This document shows positions 42,676-51,201 of a DNA stretch of 64,000 nucleotides, in pieces; the stretch's first letter is position 1; every line of letters starts with the position of its first letter. Position numbers and translations under genes: made by a program. The stretch is from Alphaproteobacteria bacterium (GTDB lineage: Bacteria > Pseudomonadota > Alphaproteobacteria > UBA2966): NCBI GenBank assembly GCA_964291395.2, contig OZ219858.1, positions 640,001 through 704,000 on the forward strand, written 5' to 3'. Under the pieces are notes generated by a model, which saw nothing but the letters and a program-made list of their open reading frames with translations, searched no databases and had not been told where the DNA came from.

Positions 42676-43662
42676 ATGACGGATACGACAGGCGGACTGG
42701 GGAGCGTGCTTTCGCCCGTCGCAGGCGGCGGGATTCCGGAAACACTATTGGAAGAGGCGGCGTATGAGGCCCATCGCATTGCGGCGACGACATTGCCCGA
42801 TGACGTCAAGCAGGCCTTCGTCGGCATGCGCGATCGCGAACAGGAAGAGTTGCCCAAACGGGTGCTTGAGGCGATTGTCGACAACTTCCACGCGGCCGAG
42901 GATGATCAACGTCCCGTATGCGCCGATGTCGGCGTGCCGCGGATCTACGCGGTCATTGGCAACGAGACGGCGATCGCCGGCGGCTTCGTCTCGTTCGAGC
43001 GCGCCGTGCGCCGCGCGACCGGGCGCATCACCAGCGATCTGGCACTGCGTTCGAACCGCTGCCATCCGATCACCCGGCGCAACCCGGGCAACAACGTCGG
43101 CGTCTTCGCGCCCAACATCGAGTACCGGGTCGAGCCTGACGCCGATTACATCGAGATCTGTGCCGTCCATAAAGGCGGCGCCTTCGGGACGGACTTTCGC
43201 ATGCTCGTGGACGGCGACGGGCTGCCGGGCATCCGCAAGGCCGTGCTGGACGCCATCGCGGAATTCGGCCGCCGCGGCCTGACCTGCCCGCCGGTCGTGA
43301 TCGGAGTCGGTCTCGGCGGAACAAAGGACCAGTCCTTCAGCATTGCCAAGCAGGCCGCGCAACTCCGTCCCATCGGAGACCGCCACCCCGACCCGGACGT
43401 AGCGGCGCTCGAGGATGAGCTCCTCGAGATGGCCAATTCGCTGGGGATCGGCGCCATGGGCTACGTGGGCACGGCGGGATATGCCACCGACGTTCACGTC
43501 GAGATCGCGTATACCCACAGTGCGCTGACGCCGATGGGCATCCATCAACTCTGCCAAGCCACGCGCCGCGGTGTCGTCCGGGTCCATATGGACGGCCGCA
43601 CCGAAACGCGACCCACGCCGTCATGGTTTTCGGACTACTCCCGCCGAATGGGCGTCGAATAG
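42676..43662 (+). CDS. Fe-S hydro-lyase alpha subunit (class I fumarase/L-tartrate dehydratase family)
   Basis: Three Cys motifs (PVCADVG, LTCPP..GVGLGG, LCQATRR), LRSN, NPGNN, LGIGAMG. Confidence 0.85.
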   Translation: MTDTTGGLGSVLSPVAGGGIPETLLEEAAYEAHRIAATTLPDDVKQAFVGMRDREQEELPKRVLEAIVDNFHAAEDDQRPVCADVGVPRIYAVIGNETAIAGGFVSFERAVRRATGRITSDLALRSNRCHPITRRNPGNNVGVFAPNIEYRVEPDADYIEICAVHKGGAFGTDFRMLVDGDGLPGIRKAVLDAIAEFGRRGLTCPPVVIGVGLGGTKDQSFSIAKQAAQLRPIGDRHPDPDVAALEDELLEMANSLGIGAMGYVGTAGYATDVHVEIAYTHSALTPMGIHQLCQATRRGVVRVHMDGRTETRPTPSWFSDYSRRMGVE

Positions 43663-43675
43663 GGAGGGCCGGAAC

Positions 43676-44365
43676 ATGGCGACGCACAGGTTTTCCATTC
43701 CCCTCCAAGAGGACGATGTCCGACAACTCCGCATCGGTGATATCGTCTATCTGGACGGCACGGTCCATACCGGCAGAGCACTGGTCTACGAGCATGTGCT
43801 TCAGGGCCAGAACCAGCCGCTTCTCGACCTTGCGAACGAGAGCAACGTGCAGATGCACGGTGCCCCAGCCGGGGTGGAGGACGCTCCCGGCGAGTACCGG
43901 CTGTCATCGATCCAGGCCACGGCGAGCTTCCGCTACTGGAAATACGTGCCCGACTACGTCGAACGGTTCGGGATACGCGCCATCATCGGCAAGGGTGGCA
44001 TGGACAAATGGGTCTACGAAGACGTCTTCGCCAAGACGGGAACTGTGTTCCTGACGACCGTCGGCTATGGCATCGCCGCCCTCTACGGCCGCGCAGTAAA
44101 ACGGGTCATCGACGTGCACTGGAAAGAGGAGCTCGGCCTGCCCGAGGCCATGTGGGTGCTCGATGTCGAGAACTTCGGTCCCTTCATCGTGGATGGGGAT
44201 TGTACCGGTGCCAGTCTCGCCGCAGAGCACGTCGACTCGGTCAACGAGAACTTCGCCCGCGAATACGCCAAGCTGCCGGAATACGTCCTCAAGCGCATCG
44301 GCGAGATCGACCATTCGCTCGCTAACGAGGTCATCGTCGGCAAACCGGCAGGCGACGGGGACTGA
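43676..44365 (+). CDS. Fe-S hydro-lyase beta subunit
   Basis: LRIGDIVYLDG, TASFR, IIGKGGM, ELGLPEAMW, FGPFIVDGD. Confidence 0.85.
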   Translation: MATHRFSIPLQEDDVRQLRIGDIVYLDGTVHTGRALVYEHVLQGQNQPLLDLANESNVQMHGAPAGVEDAPGEYRLSSIQATASFRYWKYVPDYVERFGIRAIIGKGGMDKWVYEDVFAKTGTVFLTTVGYGIAALYGRAVKRVIDVHWKEELGLPEAMWVLDVENFGPFIVDGDCTGASLAAEHVDSVNENFAREYAKLPEYVLKRIGEIDHSLANEVIVGKPAGDGD

Positions 44366-44425
44366 GAGCCCCGCCGCGTCCCGTTTCGGACCTCTCTCCA
44401 ACCTCGGGGGAGGGTGAGCTCCGCG

Positions 44426-45658
44426 TCAGCCTTCCTTGGTCCGCGCGCCGGCGATGCGCATCTCCGGCACGAACCAGAACAGCGCGACGGCGACGAACAG
44501 GGCCGCAAACGACAGGATGAAGACCGCGCTGTAGTTGCCGGTGGCGTCGTGCAGGATGCCGGCGATCCAGGTTCCTACCGCTGCACCGACTCCTTGTCCC
44601 GTCTGGATCGAACCGTAGATCGACGCCATGCCCCGGCCGCGGAAAAGTTGGGCCGATAGCGTGGCAATCACCGGACTCCGGACGCCCAGCGACAGACCGA
44701 AGCAGGTGACGAACGCCAGGACCGCCGCGGCGATGGGCAACTGAGGCAGCAACCACAACGCCAACAGCCCAATCATGCTGAGGCCATAGCTCAGCACGGC
44801 GATTACACGCCGGTCCCAACGGTCCGCCGCGATACCCGTGACGAGCATGCCCACGATGGACAGCCCGCCCGCGACGCCGAACGCGGTCGCGGCATCGAGC
44901 GGGTCCATCCCGTTTTCCACCATGTAGGTGACGGATTGCAGGCTGATGGCGTACATCCCCACGGAGGTGGCGAAGAACGCGCCCCAGAGGGCCCAAAAGG
45001 CCCGCCCGGACACCGCCTCGCGCAGGCTCGGGCCGCTGCTGGCGCCCACCGGACGGACCGGGCCCGCGGCAATGCGGCGCCAGGGCAGCAGCAGCACCGC
45101 GACGGCAAGCAGTATGACGGTACCGCCGATGATCTCGAGCGCGCCGCGCCACTCGAACGCGTCGATGAGCACCTGAGACAGGGGGGCCAAGCACAGGGTG
45201 CCGAAACCGAGGCCCGTTGAGGCGACGGCCATGGCGGCCGCCAAGTTGCGGTCGAACCAGCGGCTAATCAGGGATTGGGCGGGAACCATGCCGATCGCTG
45301 CGGCTCCGAAGCCGCCGCAGACGCCGACGGCAACATAGAACTGCCAGACGGTCTCCGATCGGGACGCGGTGAAGAACCCACCCCCCAGCATGAGCAGTCC
45401 GACGGTGTATATAATGCGTGGACCGAAGCGGTCGTGAGCCAATCCGGTCAAGATGCCGCCGAGGCCGAACACCATCATGAGGACGGAATAGACCGAGGCG
45501 ACCTCGGCGCGGCTCCATCCCAGGCCGGATTGCACCGGGGAGAGGAAAACCGGCCAAGTCTCGATCATGCCGCGCGCCAACATGAACAGGGCGAATACCA
45601 GCAAGAGTACGGCGACGGCAGCCGTGGCGGACCTCGTGACGGGACTCTCCGGGTTCAT
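44426..45658 (-). CDS. MFS transporter (OFA/MCT-like)
   Basis: 12 TM helices, GLAHDRFGPR, SRWFDRN, GIAADRW. Confidence 0.88.
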   Translation of the reverse strand: MNPESPVTRSATAAVAVLLLVFALFMLARGMIETWPVFLSPVQSGLGWSRAEVASVYSVLMMVFGLGGILTGLAHDRFGPRIIYTVGLLMLGGGFFTASRSETVWQFYVAVGVCGGFGAAAIGMVPAQSLISRWFDRNLAAAMAVASTGLGFGTLCLAPLSQVLIDAFEWRGALEIIGGTVILLAVAVLLLPWRRIAAGPVRPVGASSGPSLREAVSGRAFWALWGAFFATSVGMYAISLQSVTYMVENGMDPLDAATAFGVAGGLSIVGMLVTGIAADRWDRRVIAVLSYGLSMIGLLALWLLPQLPIAAAVLAFVTCFGLSLGVRSPVIATLSAQLFRGRGMASIYGSIQTGQGVGAAVGTWIAGILHDATGNYSAVFILSFAALFVAVALFWFVPEMRIAGARTKEG

Positions 45659-45903
45659 GGCGCAAGCATGTTAGCGGCCTCGCCCGGGGATTACCCTTCG
45701 CCGATGAACGAGCCGTAATCATGGCAATCGGGGAATGGCGGACACACGGCACGGGTCGCCGGGGGAGTCCGGTCACCCTACCATCGGTCAAGGTATTCCC
45801 GAGACCGGCCCATTGCAGCCACCCCGTTCCGCAAGGTCACGCTGCTGGATATCGTCGAGGCCGCGATTCGCCTCGATCATCGCGTCCCTGTCGAGAACGG
45901 GCG

Positions 45904-47220
45904 CTACTTGCCGCCCAGCATGACTTCGGGCAGCCAGAGCGCGGTCTGCGGATAGATCGTGATGATTACGATACCGATGCACATCAGGACGAAGAACGGA
46001 CCGGCGGCGACGGCGACCCGGCCGATGGGATGGCCGGTGAGGCCCTGAAGCACGAACAGATTGAAGCCGATCGGCGGCGTGATCTGAGCTAGTTCAACCA
46101 TCACCACCAGGAAGACGCCGAACCAGATCGGATCGAAGCCCGCTTGCAGGATCAGGGGCAGGGTGATGGGCAGGCTCATCACGGTGATCGATATGCCGTC
46201 GAGGAACAGGCCGAGCAAGATGTAGAACAGGCCGAGGATGAAGATCAGCTCGTACCGGGACAGTTCGAGCGTTGCGATCCAGCCGGCCAGCTCCGCCGGG
46301 ACATGGAGATAGCCCATGGCGGTCGACAGGAATGCCGCCGACACCAGAATCGAGCAGACCATGCATGAGACTTTGACCGCTCCCATCAGGGAGTCGACGA
46401 AGATCGGCCAAGTCAGCTGACCCATGACGAGACTAATGACGATCGTGGCCGCGACGCCGACGGCCGCGGCTTCCGAGGGAGTCGCCAAGCCCGAATAGAT
46501 GCCGCCGAGCACGAGCACGATGAGGACGAGAACCGGGAGCAGGTCGAGCACACCCCGCGCACGGTCGCTCCAGGTGTAGGCCTCGCCGCTGACGGGCGAG
46601 TACTCCGGCCGTAGGAGACAGCGGAAGCCGATGTAGCCGGAATAGAGGCCTGCTATCAGCAGCCCCGGAAACACGCCGGCTGCGAACAGTTTGGCGATGG
46701 AGACCTCCGCCAGGACGCCGTAGATGATCATGACGATGGACGGCGGGATGAGCAGGCCAAGGCTGCCCGCACCGGCCAGAGACCCGATGGTGAGATCGGT
46801 ATCGTAGCGCCGCTCAGCCAGGGCAACGGTGGTGATCTTGCCCACCGTCGCGGTCGTCGCGGTGCTCGACCCGCTCACGGCGGCAAACAGGGTGCAGCCC
46901 GCGACGTTGGTGTGGAGGAGGCGTCCGGGAATCATGTCCACCAGCGGTGACAAGCCACGGAACAGACGCTCCGAGATATCGGTGCGGAATATGATCTCGC
47001 CCATCCATACGAACATCGGGATAGCGGCAAGCTCCCATGTGCTTGCGCTGCGCCAGATGATCGGTTGGATGATGGTGCCGATGCGGCCGAGGGGAAAGTC
47101 GATCAGGAAGTAGAGGCTGGTGACGCTCACCAGCATCAGGCCAGAGAACACCCAGGCGCCAAGGCCCAGGTACAAGAACACGAGCAGCAGCGTTGCGGTG
47201 CCGGTGATGAGGGCTTCCAT
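45904..47220 (-). CDS. TRAP transporter large permease DctM
   Basis: LAAIPMF, FAAVSGSS, GSLGLLIPPS, ATPSEAA, ITPPIGFNLFV. Confidence 0.93.
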   Translation of the reverse strand: MEALITGTATLLLVFLYLGLGAWVFSGLMLVSVTSLYFLIDFPLGRIGTIIQPIIWRSASTWELAAIPMFVWMGEIIFRTDISERLFRGLSPLVDMIPGRLLHTNVAGCTLFAAVSGSSTATTATVGKITTVALAERRYDTDLTIGSLAGAGSLGLLIPPSIVMIIYGVLAEVSIAKLFAAGVFPGLLIAGLYSGYIGFRCLLRPEYSPVSGEAYTWSDRARGVLDLLPVLVLIVLVLGGIYSGLATPSEAAAVGVAATIVISLVMGQLTWPIFVDSLMGAVKVSCMVCSILVSAAFLSTAMGYLHVPAELAGWIATLELSRYELIFILGLFYILLGLFLDGISITVMSLPITLPLILQAGFDPIWFGVFLVVMVELAQITPPIGFNLFVLQGLTGHPIGRVAVAAGPFFVLMCIGIVIITIYPQTALWLPEVMLGGK

Positions 47221-47224
47221 AACT

Positions 47225-47749
47225 CTACCGCCTGCCCGGGTCTGCGGACCGGTCCACGCCCATGGGCTGTTCGCCGCCGAGCAATCGGACGAAATAGGCC
47301 AGCAACTGGATGGCGAACAGGACCAGACCGACGAACACAAGCGCCTCGGGAATCCACAACGGAGTCTCGACCATGGACTCACTGACCGCGCCACGGTCCC
47401 AGTTCCGTTTGACGCTGCGCCAGAAGAAAGCCGCGATGAAGATCGTGATGCCCAGCGTCGCGACGATGCAGAAGTACTCGACGATGCGCCGGAGCCGACC
47501 GCGCAGCCGGATGAGAACCAGGTTGACGCGGATCAAAGACCCCTCTTCGAAGGCGTAGGCCAGGGAGAGATAGGTCATCGCGGCAATGCCATAGCCGACG
47601 TATTCGTCGAGCACGAAGGTCGATGTGTGGAAGAAGCTGCGCAGGATGATCTCGAGAATGACGTGCGCCACCATCGCGACCAGAATCACCGCGGAGATCT
47701 GTCCCGCGAACTTCGAGATCCGGAATATGACGGCTTGAAGCCGCTGCAT
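47225..47749 (-). CDS. TRAP transporter small permease DctQ
   Basis: Four TM helices, LIRVNL, TPLWIP. Confidence 0.88.
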   Translation of the reverse strand: MQRLQAVIFRISKFAGQISAVILVAMVAHVILEIILRSFFHTSTFVLDEYVGYGIAAMTYLSLAYAFEEGSLIRVNLVLIRLRGRLRRIVEYFCIVATLGITIFIAAFFWRSVKRNWDRGAVSESMVETPLWIPEALVFVGLVLFAIQLLAYFVRLLGGEQPMGVDRSADPGRR

Positions 47750-47850
47750 GGCGATTACGACGAAATGGGGCGCCGCCCGTATCAGGTGGTCGCGTACGGC
47801 GCCACGGGTCGGCTATGCCTTATGGCGGTTCTTGTCGGGCTCGAACCGCT

Positions 47851-48855
47851 CTAGCTGCTTTCAAGACGCTTGCGATACTCGGCGATAATCGCTTCGCCGT
47901 CCCCGCCCATCTTCTCATACCAGTCGTCGAGCGCTTCCCGGCCCGCGTCGCCGAGTGCCGTCAGGTACTCGGCCGGCACGCGGGTGATGACGGTGACGCC
48001 GTTCTTCTCGAGCGTCTTGTAGTTCAGCCGCCGCCGCGTGATGACCTCCCGCCAGTTGCGGTCATTGGCGGCATCTGCGGATGCCTTGACCGCCTTTTTC
48101 AGATTATCGGGTAGGCCGTCGAACACGTCCTTGTTCATGTGGACCATGCTGAGCGGCATCGCGTAGTTGATCTCGGTGAAGTGGCTGAGATGTTCCCAGA
48201 ACTTAGCGTTCACGCCACCTTCCGCCGACGTCAGCACGGCCTGAATGCCGCCGGTGCTGAGCAGCGGGATGACGTCCGCCCAGCTCAACTTGACGGCCGC
48301 CGCGCCCGCCGCCTTGAGCGTAATGGTGCCGTTGCGGTCGTAGGTGCGGATCTTCAGGTTCTTCAATTCACCGATGCTGTTGACGGCCTTCTTGCCCCAG
48401 ATACCGCTTGGCGGCCAAGGTGACGCGTAGAGCAGAATCTGGTTGTGCTTGGCAAAGACGCGTTCGAAGTGCGGGCGGGCCGCCGCGAAGAGTGTCTTCG
48501 CCTCCCTCGTCGTCTTGGCCAGGAACGGCAGGGACGGCAGCAGGAAGATTGGATCGATGCCGCCAAACGCGCCGACGTAGCTGTCGGCGATCGGCACTGC
48601 GCCGTCGCCCACGGCGTCCAGCTGTTGAGCCGATTTGTAGCCGAGCGCACCGCCGAAATGATGGACGATCTCGATCTCACCGACCGTCGTGTCCTTGAGG
48701 GATTTCGAGAACCATTGGTCACCCTCACCGTGGATCGACGTCGCCTGGTATTCGTTTGGCATATCCCATTTGATGCTACCGGCCGTGGCCCCACCAATAC
48801 ATGCAGCCATCCCGAGACCGGTCACGGCCACGGCCTTGACGAGTCGTTCGAACAT
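47851..48855 (-). CDS. TRAP solute-binding protein DctP
   Basis: Signal peptide, WDMPNEY, LPFL, PWPPSG, LKIR. Confidence 0.9.
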   Translation of the reverse strand: MFERLVKAVAVTGLGMAACIGGATAGSIKWDMPNEYQATSIHGEGDQWFSKSLKDTTVGEIEIVHHFGGALGYKSAQQLDAVGDGAVPIADSYVGAFGGIDPIFLLPSLPFLAKTTREAKTLFAAARPHFERVFAKHNQILLYASPWPPSGIWGKKAVNSIGELKNLKIRTYDRNGTITLKAAGAAAVKLSWADVIPLLSTGGIQAVLTSAEGGVNAKFWEHLSHFTEINYAMPLSMVHMNKDVFDGLPDNLKKAVKASADAANDRNWREVITRRRLNYKTLEKNGVTVITRVPAEYLTALGDAGREALDDWYEKMGGDGEAIIAEYRKRLESS

Positions 48856-49102
48856 GTTCGATATCCTCCCTTGAATCAAATCCCGGTCTCCGCCGGGTCG
48901 CTCGAATCCGCGGTCGCGCTGCAGGCAAATCGTCTCGCAGAGAAGGAACGTCCATCCGTCGGGGACGCTCGGGACTCCCGGATCGATTAACGCATAGACC
49001 CTGTGGGGGGTCAACGAACCGCGGTCGAGGTGCCGGTAACACACGATGTTTCCGGTCCATGTACCAGATGATCCGTCCGGTTTTGGAAGGCCTCCAAGCC
49101 AC

Positions 49103-49244
49103 GCCGCGGTGGCCGCCTTCCATGGGCGCCCACTCGCCAACCGCTACAAGGCGCTGATGCTCGACGGTGTGGTGCTCGCCCGCAAGACCGGCGCCGGCGC
49201 GCTCAGGCGCCGGTCCTGGTGGCGCTCGGCATCAGACCGGACGT
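49103..49244 (+). mobile_element. IS256-family transposase internal fragment (frameshifted)
   Basis: AAVAAFHGRPLANRYKALMLDGVVLARKTGAGALRR, then in another frame PVLVALGIRPD; includes the first catalytic Asp (LDG). Confidence 0.75.
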
Positions 49245-49308
49245 CGGAGGCGTCGGACGGCGCCGGGCCGGCACCCCGCCCAACCCGGCGGACGAAGCGG
49301 GACAAGCC

Positions 49309-49333
49309 GAGACTAGGCGAGACTAGGCGAGAC
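49309..49333. repeat. 10-bp tandem repeat (GAGACTAGGC, about 2.5 copies) at the junction of the IS remnants
   Basis: ga-gactaggcga-gactaggcga-gac seen directly. Confidence 0.7.
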
Positions 49334-49339
49334 GAGACC

Positions 49340-49415
49340 GCGGCGCGGCTGTTGAGCCAAGCCGAGGCGGCGGAGATACCGGGGGTCCCGGAGCGCACCT
49401 TCCGGCGCCGGCGCG
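49340..49415 (+). mobile_element. ISNCY-type transposase N-terminal HTH fragment
   Basis: LLSQAEAAEIPGVPERTFRRRR resembles the LSQxEAAEIL-GVSERTFRRW HTH. Confidence 0.6.
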
Positions 49416-49565
49416 CACCGGCGCAAGCGCCGCCGCCGCGCGCTGCCCTCTTCCACGGCCCGACCACAACACAAGCGGTCAAATGCCGCATCGTCCCGCC
49501 GGAGGCCGTGCTAGACTGAGGTGGTTGAAAGCGGGGCGGCGGCGTTGAACCCGGATGGTCGGAAC

Positions 49566-50240
49566 ATGAGGGAATCGGAACGGATCTCGTACGAGGACAT
49601 GCGCCGCCAGATGATGGAGATCATCTCTCTCCATGCCTTGGTGGCGAGCGAAGTCACCGGCAGGCACGAGCTCGATGAAGTCGTCATGGGTGCGATGGCC
49701 GACGTGCCCCGTCACGAGTTCGTTCCCGTCGAGATGCGCGACACCGCCTATGTGGACTCACCGCTTCCCATCGGGCACGGCAAGACCATCTCGCAGCCGT
49801 TCATGTGCGCATTGATGACCGATCTCCTCGAACTCGAGCCCGATGACAAGGTGCTGGAAGTGGGCACGGGGTTGGGCTATGGCGCAGCCGTCCTGTCGCG
49901 GATCGCCGGAGGGGTGTATTCGGTGGAAATTCTCAGCGAACTCGCCGAAGAAGCTCGGCGCCGCCTGCGCGCGCAGAATTTCGACGTCACCACGCGAATC
50001 GGCGACGGCGGCTATGGTTGGGCAGACGAAGCGCCTTTCGACAAGATCATCGTCACTGCGGCACCGGAGGTCGTGCCGCCGGTTCTGCTCGAACAACTGA
50101 AAGCGGGCGGACGTATGGTTGTCCCGACAGGCGCCGAGGACGCTCAAATGCTCGCGTTGGTAGAGAAGGACATCGACGGGACTATCGATATCACCGAAAT
50201 CATGGCTGTCGTCTTTGCACCGCTCGTCTTGAGTCATTGA
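49566..50240 (+). CDS. pcm: Protein-L-isoaspartate O-methyltransferase
   Basis: VPRHEFVP, PLPIGHGKTISQP, VLEVGTGLGY, APFDKIIVTAA, QLKAGGRMVVP. Confidence 0.93.
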   Translation: MRESERISYEDMRRQMMEIISLHALVASEVTGRHELDEVVMGAMADVPRHEFVPVEMRDTAYVDSPLPIGHGKTISQPFMCALMTDLLELEPDDKVLEVGTGLGYGAAVLSRIAGGVYSVEILSELAEEARRRLRAQNFDVTTRIGDGGYGWADEAPFDKIIVTAAPEVVPPVLLEQLKAGGRMVVPTGAEDAQMLALVEKDIDGTIDITEIMAVVFAPLVLSH

Positions 50241-50499
50241 ACTTCTTCAGTCGTTGGGCGCGGACGCCGTTGTCGGAAGTGCCCAAAGCCTCACGTGAGC
50301 GCTCTCGGAGCGCTTGATTGCGGGAGTCAGATCGGAAATGCAGATCCACGGTGCGCTGCCGCCGGGGGCTTATGACCGACTCGAGCTCGCCCGGTGAGGC
50401 GGATTTCGCCCGCCGATCAAAAAATCACGATTTTTCGCTCGTCCCGAGAAAGAATTTTCGTGCGGGATTGAAAGTCGAATGCCTGCACAAGCCATTTGG

Positions 50500-50552
50500 A
50501 ATCAAGGGATTGGAACAATCCTGTGGATAATCCAGGGATAATAATTGGATAA
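50500..50552. promoter_or_regulatory. IHF consensus site plus three phased DnaA-box-like motifs
   Basis: AATCAAGGGATTG (WATCAANNNNTTR) at 50500-50512; TGTGGATAA at 50522-50530; GGATAA cores at 50525, 50536 and 50547. Confidence 0.5.
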
Positions 50553-50599
50553 TAAGACCAAATATCCCCAAGAAATTTGCTATGGAATTACTTTTTCGA

Positions 50600-50627
50600 T
50601 TGCAGTAACTCGAAAGATATCTAGAAT
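50600..50627 (+). promoter_or_regulatory. Sigma70-like promoter for the structured RNA
   Basis: TTGCAG-16 nt-TAGAAT with an AT-rich upstream region. Confidence 0.6.
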
Positions 50628-50633
50628 ATGAGG

Positions 50634-50827
50634 TGGATCTTGGAGCCTTCGGGTTGCTTGATCCGGGACCGCAAAGCTTTCGGGTGGCGCGGTCCAGGAG
50701 AGGCGTCAGGAGTACTCTTCGGAGTACGCGCAAAGACCCCGCGTCTGAGCACTTGACGCCTCTTCGCATTTTCGGATCTTTTACTTGAGATCATGATGTT
50801 GCGGCGGGCAGAGCCCGCCTTTTTCTT
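50634..50827 (+). ncRNA. Unrecognised highly structured ncRNA, about 190 nt
   Basis: Nested helices including a 14-bp stem (50697-50710/50752-50765), three UUCG loops, upstream promoter, downstream intrinsic terminator, no credible ORF. Confidence 0.7.
50803..50827 (+). terminator. Rho-independent terminator
   Basis: GGCGGG-CAGAG-CCCGCC followed by TTTTTCTT. Confidence 0.8.
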
Positions 50828-50880
50828 GCGCGCATTTCAGCGACACGCCTCTTTAGACCGCCGCGCCCCGGCGCCCGAAC

Positions 50881-50970
50881 AAAGAAAGACCCGGCGCAAC
50901 TTCATCGGAAGAAGTTGTCACCGGGCCTTCCGGCATCAGAAAACGCACCCGCGTCAATGCACTTGAGCAA
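50881..50970 (-). ncRNA. Candidate sRNA, about 90 nt, convergent with the structured RNA
   Basis: Minus-strand TTGACG-17 nt-TAGGGA promoter (51004-50976); ends in hairpin CCCGG..CAACTTC/GAAGTTG..CCGGG plus TCTTTCTTT. Confidence 0.45.
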
Positions 50971-51201
50971 TGTTATCCCTACCAATTTGGATATGCCCCG
51001 TCAACAATATATTGCGATATTGGCGCTGACATTGGACATATATGGTGTAGAAGAAAGATAGTGCCGCGATGTCGTCCGATCCCGTCCGCCGGGATCCTCG
51101 TCCGCACGGCATTGTGTGAATTGTGCAGAAAGCTCGGGCCGCTTTGCGCGCCGGCGCGGGCGGGAGACCCGGCGCCTGTCGCCGCAATGGAGAGTCGAGT
51201 C

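Noticed and set aside
45820-45900. Peptide TPFRKVTLLDIVEAA resembling Rrf2 regulators
   Set aside because: Too short, with no start codon or other supporting motif.
50420-50630. CRISPR leader or array
   Set aside because: AT-rich with an IHF site, but no repeat-spacer array and no cas genes.
50660-50760. c-di-GMP-I riboswitch or rRNA fragment (GCAAAG motifs, CUUCGG loops)
   Set aside because: No GNRA loop/receptor architecture, no gene directly downstream, and the rRNA-like words are too short and not collinear.
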